From: Alphaproteobacteria bacterium
GTDB lineage: Bacteria; Pseudomonadota; Alphaproteobacteria; Bin95
Assembly: GCA_965205265.1 (NCBI GenBank)
Contig: CBDBGH010000003.1
Coordinates: forward strand, 3,232,001 to 3,296,000
Length of the DNA stretch: 64,000 nucleotides
Direction: 5' to 3'
The notes below the pieces were generated by a model. That model did not search any database and had not been told where the DNA came from. It saw only the letters and a list, made by a program, of their open reading frames with translations. This document shows, in pieces, positions 27,368-37,195 of this stretch. The first letter of the stretch is position 1. Each line of letters starts with the position of its first letter. A program made the translations under genes and the position numbers.

Positions 27368-29455
27368 TCAGAGGCGCCGCATCGGGCGGAAGTTTCCGGC
27401 TCCGGTGCTGCCTTCGCCGGTCGCCGCCTCCCCTGCTTCGGCGCTCTTCGCGGACGAGGAGTCGGCGTCCATGCTCGCGCCGGCCCTCCCGACCCCTTCC
27501 TTCCCGCGCTGTCCGCCGTCCGCGCCGGCCTTGGCTCCGCCGTCCCGTTCCGCGGCCTGCGGGCCGTCGGAGTCCGGCTTTCCGGCGTCCTTTTCCGCCG
27601 TCGTCCGTTCCGGCGGCATGAGCGCGAGCTTGCCCTGCGGGCCGCCGTCCCCGGTTTCCGGCCCTGCCGCTTCCGGCTGCGGCCGGGCGGCCTCCGCCGG
27701 GGCCGTCTCCCTCGGCACGAACCGCTCGGCCGCCTTGGCCCGGTCGACGTATTTCAGGCGGATGGGCGCGACCGGCAGCGGTCCGGGGAAGCGGAGCCAG
27801 CCCGAGAGGCTTTCGAGCTGCATGATCTCGGAGGCGAGCGCCAGCGGGCGCAGTTCGCGCTTCGGGGTGAGCGAGACGCCGTCGCGGATGGTGTTGGCGC
27901 CGTAGGAGAAGCCTTCCGCGACCTCCTCGACCTCGCTGCGCCCGAGGCTGTCGGCCGACCACTGGGCGGTGTCGCGGTCGGGCGCGGCGAGCACCGCGCG
28001 GGTGCCGCAGAGGCCGGAGATGGTCTCGGCGCCGTTGCGCCCGTAGAGGTCGCGCAGGGCGGAGACGACCTGGATGCCGAGCACGAAGCAGCCGCCGAAC
28101 TGGCGGCTCTCGGCGAGGCCGGGCTGCAGGCTCGGCACCTGGTGCAGGGTGGGGAGTTCGTCGAGCACGACCCAGATGCGCCGGTCGTCCCGCTGCTCCA
28201 GCGAGAGCATGGCGTTGACCGCGATCTCCAGCCAGGTCGAGATGAGGCCGCGCAGGGACGCGTGCTGGTCGCCGCGCGAGGTCAGGAACAGGAACCCGCC
28301 GCCCCCGCCGCCGGCCTCGTCCGAGACCCAGTCGCGGATCGAGAACGGGGGTCCGGTATCGGGGAGGTATTCCAGGGCGCCGATGTTGGCGGTGAGCATG
28401 GCGCGGACCGAGAGCGCGGTCTTCGGATTGTCGGGATCGACGATGGATTGCGCCACCGTGCCCTCCATGGCCTGCGCCAGGGCCGTGAGGTCGGTCTTGA
28501 GCAGGTGGTCGACCAGCACCCGGTTCTCGGTGACGCCCCTCTCGCGGAGCACGCCGGCGCCGTTGGCGAACAGCTGCCGTGCGGCGGTGACCCAGAAGGG
28601 ATCGACCGTGTCCTTCTGCTGGGGGATGAGGGCGGCGGCCATGGTGTCGAAGTCGCGGGGACTGCGGGCCTCGTGGAAGGGCGACCAGCGCGGCGCCCTT
28701 GCGTCGAGGGGATTGAGCAGGATGTCGCGGGCGGGATCGAAGAAGGCGCGGGTGTAGCTTCCCATCTTGTCGTAGATGACGCAGCGCTCGCCGCGGGCGC
28801 GGATCTGGGCGACGAGATCGGAGATCAGCACGGTCTTGCCCGACCCGGTGGTGCCGGAGACGATGGTGTGGCGGGTCTCGGCGCGTTCGGGCCAGGGGAT
28901 GCCGGCGATGCGGCAGGGCGGCGGGGCCGCCCTGGCCGAGACGAGCGCGAATGCGCGGCGATGAAGCGGGCGGATGCGCCATCGCAGCTGGCGCGCGGTC
29001 GCGAGTTCCGCGCCCCGGATGCGGCGCCGGGCTTCCAGTTGCCGGCCGCGGATCCGGAAGAGGACGAGGAAGAGCGCCATCGCGGCCGCCGCCGCCTTGG
29101 CGCCGAGGATGGCGCCGGCGAACACCACCTCCTTGAGCTTCGCGCGCATGGCGCGGGCCCGGGGCGCGGCGGCGATGTCGGGGAGGGCGGAGACCACGGT
29201 GCTGCCGTCGGGCTGGCGCACCTCCTGGCGGGAGGTGCGCTTGTAGCCGATGCCGAGCTTGGCCTCGGCGACGGTGACCATGGCGGCGGCGTACCATTCG
29301 TAGCCGGTGGTGCGCTCCCACACGAACCAGGCGGGAACGGCGACGACGGAGAAGGCGGCCAGGAAGGCGCCCGCGCGCAGCAGCTGGCCCCACATGCGCA
29401 GGCCGTGGAAGACGGTCTGGCCGCCCCGCAGCGTGCTCGATCCGACGGCTCTCAT
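27368..29455 (-). CDS. traD: Type IV coupling protein TraD
   Basis: GTTGSGKT, IYDKMG, LNPLDAR..WSPF, LDELPTLH, ESRQFGGC. Confidence 0.93.
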   Translation of the reverse strand: MRAVGSSTLRGGQTVFHGLRMWGQLLRAGAFLAAFSVVAVPAWFVWERTTGYEWYAAAMVTVAEAKLGIGYKRTSRQEVRQPDGSTVVSALPDIAAAPRARAMRAKLKEVVFAGAILGAKAAAAAMALFLVLFRIRGRQLEARRRIRGAELATARQLRWRIRPLHRRAFALVSARAAPPPCRIAGIPWPERAETRHTIVSGTTGSGKTVLISDLVAQIRARGERCVIYDKMGSYTRAFFDPARDILLNPLDARAPRWSPFHEARSPRDFDTMAAALIPQQKDTVDPFWVTAARQLFANGAGVLRERGVTENRVLVDHLLKTDLTALAQAMEGTVAQSIVDPDNPKTALSVRAMLTANIGALEYLPDTGPPFSIRDWVSDEAGGGGGGFLFLTSRGDQHASLRGLISTWLEIAVNAMLSLEQRDDRRIWVVLDELPTLHQVPSLQPGLAESRQFGGCFVLGIQVVSALRDLYGRNGAETISGLCGTRAVLAAPDRDTAQWSADSLGRSEVEEVAEGFSYGANTIRDGVSLTPKRELRPLALASEIMQLESLSGWLRFPGPLPVAPIRLKYVDRAKAAERFVPRETAPAEAARPQPEAAGPETGDGGPQGKLALMPPERTTAEKDAGKPDSDGPQAAERDGGAKAGADGGQRGKEGVGRAGASMDADSSSAKSAEAGEAATGEGSTGAGNFRPMRRL

Positions 29456-29604
29456 GGCCGGGGGTTCCCTTCGGTTGCAGGGGCAGGGGCGGTCCGCGCC
29501 GCGCGGAGGCGGAGCCGGGCGGCGGTCCGGAAGGGGCGGGCGCGGCCGGAGTGGGTCGCCGGCGACGCGTCCCGTCCCCCGCCCCTGCCCGGAAGGAAAC
29601 CGTC

Positions 29605-29967
29605 ATGCCGCGCCGTTCGATACCGTCCCCGAGCCAGCCGCCGCGGCCCCGCCGCGCCACCTGGCGTGAGCGCCTCGTCGTGCTCGGGCCCCTGGGCGTT
29701 GCGGCCCTCTGCACGGCGGTTACGGCCATCCTCGGGACCGGCATGGAGATCGCCGCGCCGCTCTGGCTGGCTGCCCTCACGTGGACCGTGCCGTCCTCGC
29801 TCGCCCTGGCGCTCCGGCGCGGCGTCGTCCTCAGCGACTGGAGCGCGTTCCGATACCGCGGCTGCGACCGCGCCCGCGACGATCTCCTCAGCTGGAGCAC
29901 GAAGACAGGGGCGTATGCGTATCTCCGCGTCGCCGAGGAACACGAACGCCTGATGCGCGGCGACTGA
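29605..29967 (+). CDS. Small two-TM membrane protein convergent with traG (candidate entry exclusion)
   Basis: ATG after GGAAGG; two hydrophobic segments; lies between traG and traD. Confidence 0.55.
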   Translation: MPRRSIPSPSQPPRPRRATWRERLVVLGPLGVAALCTAVTAILGTGMEIAAPLWLAALTWTVPSSLALALRRGVVLSDWSAFRYRGCDRARDDLLSWSTKTGAYAYLRVAEEHERLMRGD

Positions 29968-29990
29968 GGCCGGCCTCTCCGTCCCCGGCG

Positions 29991-32954
29991 TCACGGCGAG
30001 GAGGCTCCCCAGCCCGCCTGGCCCCCCGGCTCGCGGACCGGGGCAGGCGGACCCCGATCCGGGCTCCCGTCGGACGGCGGCCGCCTTCCGTCGTCGCCCG
30101 GCATGGCGTCGGGGGCGGCGTTCCGCGCGCTGCCGTAGAGCTTGCCGGCGAGCCAGTCGCCGACCACGGGCAGGTTCTCCGTGGCATGGCGCTCGAAGGA
30201 CTTCTCCGTCTCGACCGCCACCCCGGCGACGCCCCGTGAGACGTCGTCTCCCGTCACGGTCTGGCGCGCTTCGCGGGCGGCGCCCTTCATGATCAATTCG
30301 ATCTTCGTCTCGACCCGTTCGGCGCGAGCCGCGGCCTCCGCCTCGCCCGACGCCGGCGCGCCGGCTTGCCCCGCCCGGTCGCGCACGCCTTGCGCCCAGC
30401 CGCCATGGGCGGCGGCGGTCTCGCCGGCATGGGCGTCGCGCAGCCTGCCCGCCGCACCCTCGTAGTCGGCCGCGCCGCCGACAGTGGCGGGGTCCGGCCC
30501 GGCGGGCGCGGGATAGTGTTCGGCGATGAAGGCGGCGGCGTGCCCGCGCAGCGCCTCGGCGTCCTCCGGGGTCTGCGGCGAGGCGAGGCGCATGGCTTCG
30601 GCGGCGCCGACCGGGCGGCCGTCGAGGCCCGGGCGCTCCGCGAGCCAGGCGAAGAAGGGCTGGCCGAGTTCGCGTTCGATCGCCTGCGCGTCGCTGCGCA
30701 CCTGCGCCGCCTGTTCCGACCAGCTCTCGGATTCCTGGCGCGCCAGCGAGGCCCGCTCCTGGAACGACTGCATCCGCGTCAGGTTGGCCGACAGGCTCTC
30801 GTCGAGGCTGGCGAGTTCCGAGTCCCCCGTCTGCGTCGAATACCGCCTCGACGCCTCGGCCACGCGGCCCCAGGTCTCCGTCACCCCGTGCTGGCGGTCG
30901 TACTCCTTCACCCGGTTCCAGGCTTCGGCCTCGATGGTCTGGCCGCGCCACATCACCGAGCCGTCCGCCCGCGCCCTGACGATGAAATCCCAGCCGCCGC
31001 CGACGCTCGCCTGGCCGGTCAGCACCGCCGCCTGGTCGCGCGTGATGCCGGCCGCCTCCGACATCCTCTCGACATGCGACTCCAGCGCCTGCGCCTGGCT
31101 GCTCTCGCTCTCGGTGACTCCGCGGGCGAAGGCCTCGCCGGTGCTGACGTCATGGCTGTAGCGCTCGATCATGGCGGTGGCGTCGGTGACGGCGGCGTTG
31201 CGCGCCTGGCCCGCCTCGGCCGACCAGTGGCGCGACAGGCCGCGGGCCTGCGCGGCGCGGGTCTCGTGGCTCGTCGCAAGGGATTCCGACAACCGCACGC
31301 TCGCCGCCGGGATGCGGCTGGTGGCGGCCCCGGCATCGGCGACCACCGACCCGTCGCCGGTCACGGTCATCGCCGCCCCGGCGGGCGCATAGCCGGTGTA
31401 GCGGCCGGTATCGACATGGGGCGAGGTGCGGATCTGGCGCCCCTCCAGGGTGGCGAACCGGTGGGTGTCGTAGCCCGTGTTGGCGAGCGAGAGATTGCCG
31501 GTCGTGCCTTCGTGCGCGGCCGAGGACGCCGCGTCCTGGCCCACCGCCAGCACCGAGGTCGCGAGCACCGTCGCCTTGGAGAGGCCGTAGGCCAGGGCGG
31601 CCGCCAGGAACGGCACCGACATGGAGAGATAGCCCGACATCACCGCCACGTCGGCGGCGACCGCCCGGATGCCGGCCTGGGCGACCAGCGAGATGCCGAT
31701 GTCGCCGTCGGGCATGAGCGCGGTCACCGCCATGCGCTCGGCCGCCTCGCCCATGGCGATGCGGTGCAGCACCGCATAGAGCGGCCCCCAGGACTGGAGC
31801 CACACCAGCCCGGTCACATACGAGCGGAAGATCGCCGTCCCCGCCGGGGTCAGCATCAGCAGCACCGCCATCGGGAAGGCCCCGACATAGAGGCACTCGA
31901 AGACGATGCGGAGCAGCGGCACCCAGGTCTCGGCCTGGCGCCCGATGGCGCGGTAGGCCGAGACGGTCTGGGCCTCCGCCCTGGCCTCGGTATAGGCTCG
32001 GAGCGCGGCCGCGTTGCCGGCCTCCGCCGCCCACTGCTCGCCGGCGTCGTGGACCGCGTTCAGCACCATCTGCTGGCGCATGATCTCGGCCGCGCTTCGC
32101 GACGCGCCGATCAGGAAGCCGTGGGCGGCAGGGAGTGCCGCCAGCAGTTCGGCCCGGGCCAGCGCCTCGGTCCCGGCGTCCGGGAAGATGCGCCGGCCGA
32201 ACACCGCGCCGGCGCGCGCGATCTCGGCGTTCCACTGGCCGTTCAGCCGTCCCGCCGCATCCCGGCAGGTGACAACCTGCCGGTCGACCGGCGTCGCCCC
32301 GGTGCCCGACGCCGGCTGCCTTGTCGCGAACTCGACCATGCGCGCCGGCGAGGCGCCGGCCGAGGGCGACCCGGTGGCGGTGACCAGCGACCAGATGTCG
32401 GTCGATTCCCGCAGATCGTCGGCCGAGACGTGGCCCAGCAGCAGGGCCGGGAACACGCACTGGCGGGCATAGTTGCGGACATTGCGCGCGAACACCGCGT
32501 CGGTGATCTCCAGCCGCGTCGCCTTCGCCGCCAGCCGCGCCCCGAAGATCAGCCCGTGGCGGCGGTAGGCGAGGTCGTTCGGCAGCGCGAAGGCCTGCTC
32601 GGTGAGGCGGGTGAGGCCGTCGCCGACCTGCGACGTGAGCGAGGCGAAGAGCGCCAGGCCGATCGGCACGTTGGCCACCACGGCGGGTGCCAGCGCCGGA
32701 TCGAGCCGGTCGACCACCCGCACGGTGGCCTTCGGCACGATCATCGCGCCCCACACGGCGGCGAACAGCAGGATCCACTTCGCGTTGTCCTTCCACGAGC
32801 CGCCGAAGGCGGTGCGGAACAGGATCCACCCGAGACCGGCGATGCCGGCCAGCTGCGCCAGCGTGATGTAGGCGCCGCCGCCGGTGATCGCGGCGACCGC
32901 GTTCAGCAGGTCGACCAGGTAGGTCCCGCCGCCCAGGGTGAAGAGCTCGTACAT
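29991..32954 (-). CDS. traG: F-type mating-pair stabilisation protein TraG
   Basis: MYELFTLGGG..L...LNAVAA, VANVPIGLA, WLQSWGPLYAVL, LSMSVPFLA. Confidence 0.9.
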   Translation of the reverse strand: MYELFTLGGGTYLVDLLNAVAAITGGGAYITLAQLAGIAGLGWILFRTAFGGSWKDNAKWILLFAAVWGAMIVPKATVRVVDRLDPALAPAVVANVPIGLALFASLTSQVGDGLTRLTEQAFALPNDLAYRRHGLIFGARLAAKATRLEITDAVFARNVRNYARQCVFPALLLGHVSADDLRESTDIWSLVTATGSPSAGASPARMVEFATRQPASGTGATPVDRQVVTCRDAAGRLNGQWNAEIARAGAVFGRRIFPDAGTEALARAELLAALPAAHGFLIGASRSAAEIMRQQMVLNAVHDAGEQWAAEAGNAAALRAYTEARAEAQTVSAYRAIGRQAETWVPLLRIVFECLYVGAFPMAVLLMLTPAGTAIFRSYVTGLVWLQSWGPLYAVLHRIAMGEAAERMAVTALMPDGDIGISLVAQAGIRAVAADVAVMSGYLSMSVPFLAAALAYGLSKATVLATSVLAVGQDAASSAAHEGTTGNLSLANTGYDTHRFATLEGRQIRTSPHVDTGRYTGYAPAGAAMTVTGDGSVVADAGAATSRIPAASVRLSESLATSHETRAAQARGLSRHWSAEAGQARNAAVTDATAMIERYSHDVSTGEAFARGVTESESSQAQALESHVERMSEAAGITRDQAAVLTGQASVGGGWDFIVRARADGSVMWRGQTIEAEAWNRVKEYDRQHGVTETWGRVAEASRRYSTQTGDSELASLDESLSANLTRMQSFQERASLARQESESWSEQAAQVRSDAQAIERELGQPFFAWLAERPGLDGRPVGAAEAMRLASPQTPEDAEALRGHAAAFIAEHYPAPAGPDPATVGGAADYEGAAGRLRDAHAGETAAAHGGWAQGVRDRAGQAGAPASGEAEAAARAERVETKIELIMKGAAREARQTVTGDDVSRGVAGVAVETEKSFERHATENLPVVGDWLAGKLYGSARNAAPDAMPGDDGRRPPSDGSPDRGPPAPVREPGGQAGWGASSP

Positions 32955-32967
32955 TATGTATGCGCCC

Positions 32968-34395
32968 CTACCGCGATCCGGCGCCAGCGGCGCCGCGGGC
33001 GAAGGCGAGCGCGGCGCGCAGGTCGGCCGAGAGCGCGCCGGCCAGTTCGGTCTCGATCAGGCGCAGCTTCTCGACCACGGCGAGCGCGGTGTTGAAGCGG
33101 GCGAGGCCTTCCGAGCGGTGCCGGGCGAGCGCGATGCGGTTGTGGCGCAGTCCCTCGCGCCAGCGCCGCAGCCGGTCCCCGTCGGCGATGTCCAGCGTCC
33201 CGGCGCGTTCCTCCACCATGCGGTGCAGGTCCGAGAGCCAGACCTGCATGACGTCGAGCGCCACCGCCTCGGCGAGAACGTCCATCTCCTGGTCCACTAC
33301 CGCGCCCCGATAGGCCACCGCCGCGTTAGCCACCCGGTAGACCGGCAGCGTGGTGAGGTTGACCAGCCCCAGCGCCGCCGGCGGCGGGGCCGTGTCGGAC
33401 CTGACGGCGTCCACCAGGTCGCGCAGCAGGCCGGCGACCCGCGCCCGGAAGCCCCGGTTCGCGGGGATCGTGACGCTCGCCAGGGCCGGATTGAGACAGC
33501 GGGCGGTCTCGTCGCAGCGGTAGACCGGGAGATTGCCGCCGCCCTCCATCAGCGTCTCGGTCACCCGGCGGTCGAGCGCCAGCGGCTCCAGGATGCGCAC
33601 CCGGGGACCCGAGGCGTCCCCATCCGAGACCGGCGCGGTGACGATCACCGTGCCGGTCACCGCCATGGCGAACTCGGCAAGCGCCGCATCGCCCGTGAGG
33701 AAGGCCGAGGCCCGCACCGCCTTCCAGGCGTAGTTGACGTTGACCGGCACCTGGCCGGCCATCGCCCCGGAGGCGGACGCCAGCGTCGAGTTCCGCTTGC
33801 CGCCGGCGCCGCAGCCATGGCGGGCGGCGGCGTAGTCCGAGAACAGGCCCTGAGACGTGCCGATGGCGGCGCAGATGGCGGCGCTGGCCCGGTCGTTCTT
33901 CGCCCAGGCGGCGCCGACCAGCGCCTGGGCGGTCTCGCAGCTGTCGAGGTTCTGGGCGTTCACCCACTGGGCGAGCGCGCGCAGCTTCGACATGGTCTCG
34001 GCGATCACCGGGCTGATGGTCTCCAGCGCCAGCTCGAAGGCGAAACCGGCGGCGTTCTGGGCCACCGCGCGGCCGAAGGCGATCAGCTGGTCGGAGTCGA
34101 TGAAGGAGAAGGCGCCCGCGAAGGCGTCGATGCCGCCGCAGCCGGCGCGGAACGACGGCAGGCTCGCGGTGGCGATCTGCTCCGCGCGCACCGGCGCCCT
34201 GAGATAGAGGTTGCCGAGCGTCCAGTGGCCCGAGGCCTGGCCGTCGAAGGCGGTCGGACCGGTGACGTTCACCGCCGCGCCGCGCCAGAAGGACTCCATC
34301 TCCGACAGCACGTCGGCACCGGCGGGTGTTGCGGCGGACAGGATCGCGGCAAGCGCCAGTGCCGGAACGGCATGTCTCTTCCATTCAATAGTCAT
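32968..34395 (-). CDS. traH: F-type pilus assembly protein TraH
   Basis: PSFRAGCGGIDAFAGAFSFI, NAAGFAFELALETISP, NLDSCETAQALV. Confidence 0.93.
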   Translation of the reverse strand: MTIEWKRHAVPALALAAILSAATPAGADVLSEMESFWRGAAVNVTGPTAFDGQASGHWTLGNLYLRAPVRAEQIATASLPSFRAGCGGIDAFAGAFSFIDSDQLIAFGRAVAQNAAGFAFELALETISPVIAETMSKLRALAQWVNAQNLDSCETAQALVGAAWAKNDRASAAICAAIGTSQGLFSDYAAARHGCGAGGKRNSTLASASGAMAGQVPVNVNYAWKAVRASAFLTGDAALAEFAMAVTGTVIVTAPVSDGDASGPRVRILEPLALDRRVTETLMEGGGNLPVYRCDETARCLNPALASVTIPANRGFRARVAGLLRDLVDAVRSDTAPPPAALGLVNLTTLPVYRVANAAVAYRGAVVDQEMDVLAEAVALDVMQVWLSDLHRMVEERAGTLDIADGDRLRRWREGLRHNRIALARHRSEGLARFNTALAVVEKLRLIETELAGALSADLRAALAFARGAAGAGSR

Positions 34396-35254
34396 GTCCG
34401 GGCTCCAGTTGGGTGAGCGCGAAGATGCGTTGCGCCATGACGTCCTCGGCCATGACGCCGAAGCCGACCGGCAGCACGCGTTGCGTGGCGGTGTCGAACA
34501 GCACGAGGGCCGGCGCCGGGGCTTCGCCGAGGCCGAGCCGGGCGGCGCGGCCGTTGTCGGCCACCGCCTCGGGCCAGCCCTCCAGCGCCGCGCCGGTGAG
34601 CGAGACCGCGAGCACGTCGAGGCCGTGGCGCAGCGCGAAGGCGCGCAGCAGCGGGCCGAACACCCTGCACCCCGCGCAGCCGGCATGGCCGAGATAGATC
34701 AGCCCATAGCGGTCCTTCAGGCCGGCCAGCGCCCGGTCCCGCGCCGCGCGGCGCTCGTCCGACCAGACCTGGCGGGCGAGCGCCCCCACCGGGCGCTTCA
34801 GCGTGTAGTCCAGTTCCGGCGTTGCCCACACCGTGCGCCGGAAGGCGTCGGAGAACGCCGCCGCCCTCTGCAATGTCTCCTGTTGCAGGCGCAGATAGGC
34901 CGTCACCTTCTCCGGCGTCGGATCGAGAATCGCCTCGGCGCGGGCCTCCTCCAGCACCCGGCGCAGCGCCGCAATGCGCTCGGTGGCGGGTCTCTCAGAG
35001 TCCACGGCAGATGGCGGCGCGGATTGCGGAATGGCGCGTTCGTTCTCTGTTTCCTGACGGTCGCAGTAGAAGTGCCAGCCGAGGGACGGCCCGTATTCCG
35101 CCGCCTGTCCCGGACCCGGTCCGGGGCACCACGACCGCCATTCCCCGCCTGCCGCCGGTGCGCCCAGGGCGGCCCACACGCCGAGCGCCGCAACGGTCCG
35201 CACCACGGCGCGCTTCAGCGTCCGCAGGGCGGCGGACTTCCCGGAGGCCGTCAT
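34385..35254 (-). CDS. traF: F-type TraF (thioredoxin-like)
   Basis: GWHFYC, AILDPT, PELDY, CAGC, PVGFGVMA. Confidence 0.9.
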   Translation of the reverse strand: MTASGKSAALRTLKRAVVRTVAALGVWAALGAPAAGGEWRSWCPGPGPGQAAEYGPSLGWHFYCDRQETENERAIPQSAPPSAVDSERPATERIAALRRVLEEARAEAILDPTPEKVTAYLRLQQETLQRAAAFSDAFRRTVWATPELDYTLKRPVGALARQVWSDERRAARDRALAGLKDRYGLIYLGHAGCAGCRVFGPLLRAFALRHGLDVLAVSLTGAALEGWPEAVADNGRAARLGLGEAPAPALVLFDTATQRVLPVGFGVMAEDVMAQRIFALTQLEPGHDY

Positions 35255-36402
35255 CGCGGGTTCCTCCGGTAGAAGTCGCGGATGCGGTCCTGCATGAGCG
35301 TCCGGGTGTCGCCGGCCTCGGGCAGCGCGACGGCGGGCGCCGCCGCGCCATCCAGAAGGTCGGCCGTGAACTCCGAGAGGTCGAGGGCGGCGAAGTCGAT
35401 GCGCTCGACCTCCGGCACCGTGAACCCCCGGCAGCTCCCCCAGCCGATGCCCAGCTGCGGCCGCGCCTGCTCGTGCAGGATGCGCCCGAGCTTCGACGGG
35501 AACACGCACCAGGCCCGCGTCCGGCGGAGGCAGACCCCGAGAACCCGCTTCGAGCACCAGGACCCGAGATAGCGGGTCGTGCCCGCGACGCGCTCCTGGG
35601 CGAGTTCGATCTCCGAAGCCGAGCACCTGGCGAGGCCGGACAGCATGCCGCCGCCCGTGCAGCAGTCGGCCAGCCCGCCCAGATGGATATGGCAGGTCCG
35701 GCGCTTGCCGGTGAAGATGCTCAGGGTCGCGGGGTCGAACCCCTCGCCGCCCATCCCGACCGCAAGGTTCAGCCGCGTCGCCGCTTCGGCAAACCCGGTG
35801 TTGGCCCGCGGCTCCACGCTCCCGCAGTCCGCGCCGACGCACCAGGAGACGCTGCCGCAGGCCCCGCCGCGCCCGGTGTCGGCGACATCGGCCGTGCAAT
35901 CGGTCACGCTGCCCGAGGCGATATTGTCCGCGCCATGGGCGGGCACCCGGGGAGCGGCGGCGATGGCCCTGCCACGCGCCACACCGGGATCGGCGACTGT
36001 CACGGGCCTCTCGGGCCGCACCGACGCGCCTTCGGTCGCCATCCGCCCGGCAACGCCGCCGGGATCGTCCGGGTCGGCCAGGCGCCGCTGCGCCTCGCCC
36101 GCCATGGTCGTGTCCGTGAGGCCGCGCTCCGGCAGGTCCGTGCCGACGTAGCCCGGCACCGTCGCAGCCTTCGTGGCGTCGCGCGCGATGGCGCTCGCCG
36201 TCGCTGCGCCGGCCTGACCGATCTCGCGGGCGGTCTCCTTCGGGTCGATCGACTGCGCCTGGGCCGCCATGCCGGAGACAACCCACAGCATCAGGCAGAC
36301 GAGCGCGAACATGGCCAGCCAGACGAGCAGGCGGACGATCCGGGTCATGCGGTCGATGGCGACCGAGACGCGGTCGCCCGAAGAATCGAGCCGTTCCGTC
36401 AT
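35251..36402 (-). CDS. traN: TraN-like mating-pair stabilisation protein (short form)
   Basis: Cys-rich C-terminus DCC...YLGSWCSK..LGVC...WCVFPSKLGRILHEQAR.QL...CRGFT...IDF..LDLSEF. Confidence 0.85.
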   Translation of the reverse strand: MTERLDSSGDRVSVAIDRMTRIVRLLVWLAMFALVCLMLWVVSGMAAQAQSIDPKETAREIGQAGAATASAIARDATKAATVPGYVGTDLPERGLTDTTMAGEAQRRLADPDDPGGVAGRMATEGASVRPERPVTVADPGVARGRAIAAAPRVPAHGADNIASGSVTDCTADVADTGRGGACGSVSWCVGADCGSVEPRANTGFAEAATRLNLAVGMGGEGFDPATLSIFTGKRRTCHIHLGGLADCCTGGGMLSGLARCSASEIELAQERVAGTTRYLGSWCSKRVLGVCLRRTRAWCVFPSKLGRILHEQARPQLGIGWGSCRGFTVPEVERIDFAALDLSEFTADLLDGAAAPAVALPEAGDTRTLMQDRIRDFYRRNPR

Positions 36403-37151
36403 GGTCGGCCCTCCCCATACAGGCGTTCGAGAAAGGCCTTCGCGACCGTGCGTCCGGCATCGCCTTCATCCGCGACCGCCTCCAGCGCGGCAACGAGGCC
36501 GATGTTCCCGGCAACGAGATCGTGCAGCGGAGCGGCGTCGCCTGAGCAGCCCCGGCTCTCGCAGGGCGGCACGCCGCCCGGCGCGACGACCACGGCGGGC
36601 ACGCGCGTCACGGCAAACAGGCGGAACAGGCGCGGGTCGATGGCAACGCCGGCGTCCGTCCCGCCAAGCCGTTCGCCGATCCGCTTCGCGGTCTCCGGCA
36701 AGCCGCCTTCGCCCACGCCGCGCAGCACCAGCGGCGTGCCCGACCTTGCGGCGTCATCCGCCCATTGCCGCCAGCTCGCCGCCGGCACCGACAGGCTGAT
36801 GAAGATCAACACCTCCGCCGAGGCGGGGCGGTGGTCTGCGAATGCACCCGCATGGCGTTCGGCCGGCAGCGGGGCGGGGAGCGGCCCCGCATCCTGTCCG
36901 GGAACCGCCTGCCGCGCGGTCTCTCCCGCCTTCTCCAGCACCCGGTCGATGACGCCGCGTGTCCAGGCGCCGAGCGAGCCATCGCCGCCGTTCCCCGCAC
37001 GGCGCATGACGTCCTCGACAAGCCGGCTTGCAGCCGCTTCGGGAGTCCCGGCCGGCGGGCTTCCGTCCGCCCGGACAGAACCGGGAGGGCCGGCCGCCAG
37101 CAGCGAAGCAGCCAGGAGCGCCGCTGCGAAGCCCCGCCGAACACGCTTCAT
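36399..37151 (-). CDS. trbC: F-type TrbC pilin assembly protein
   Basis: FISLSVP, LVLRG, IDPRLFRLFAVTRVPAVV, D.VAGNI. Confidence 0.88.
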   Translation of the reverse strand: MKRVRRGFAAALLAASLLAAGPPGSVRADGSPPAGTPEAAASRLVEDVMRRAGNGGDGSLGAWTRGVIDRVLEKAGETARQAVPGQDAGPLPAPLPAERHAGAFADHRPASAEVLIFISLSVPAASWRQWADDAARSGTPLVLRGVGEGGLPETAKRIGERLGGTDAGVAIDPRLFRLFAVTRVPAVVVAPGGVPPCESRGCSGDAAPLHDLVAGNIGLVAALEAVADEGDAGRTVAKAFLERLYGEGRP

Positions 37152-37195
37152 TTCTTCATCCTCTGCACTCGATTTATCCAGGCGTTTCAACAGGT

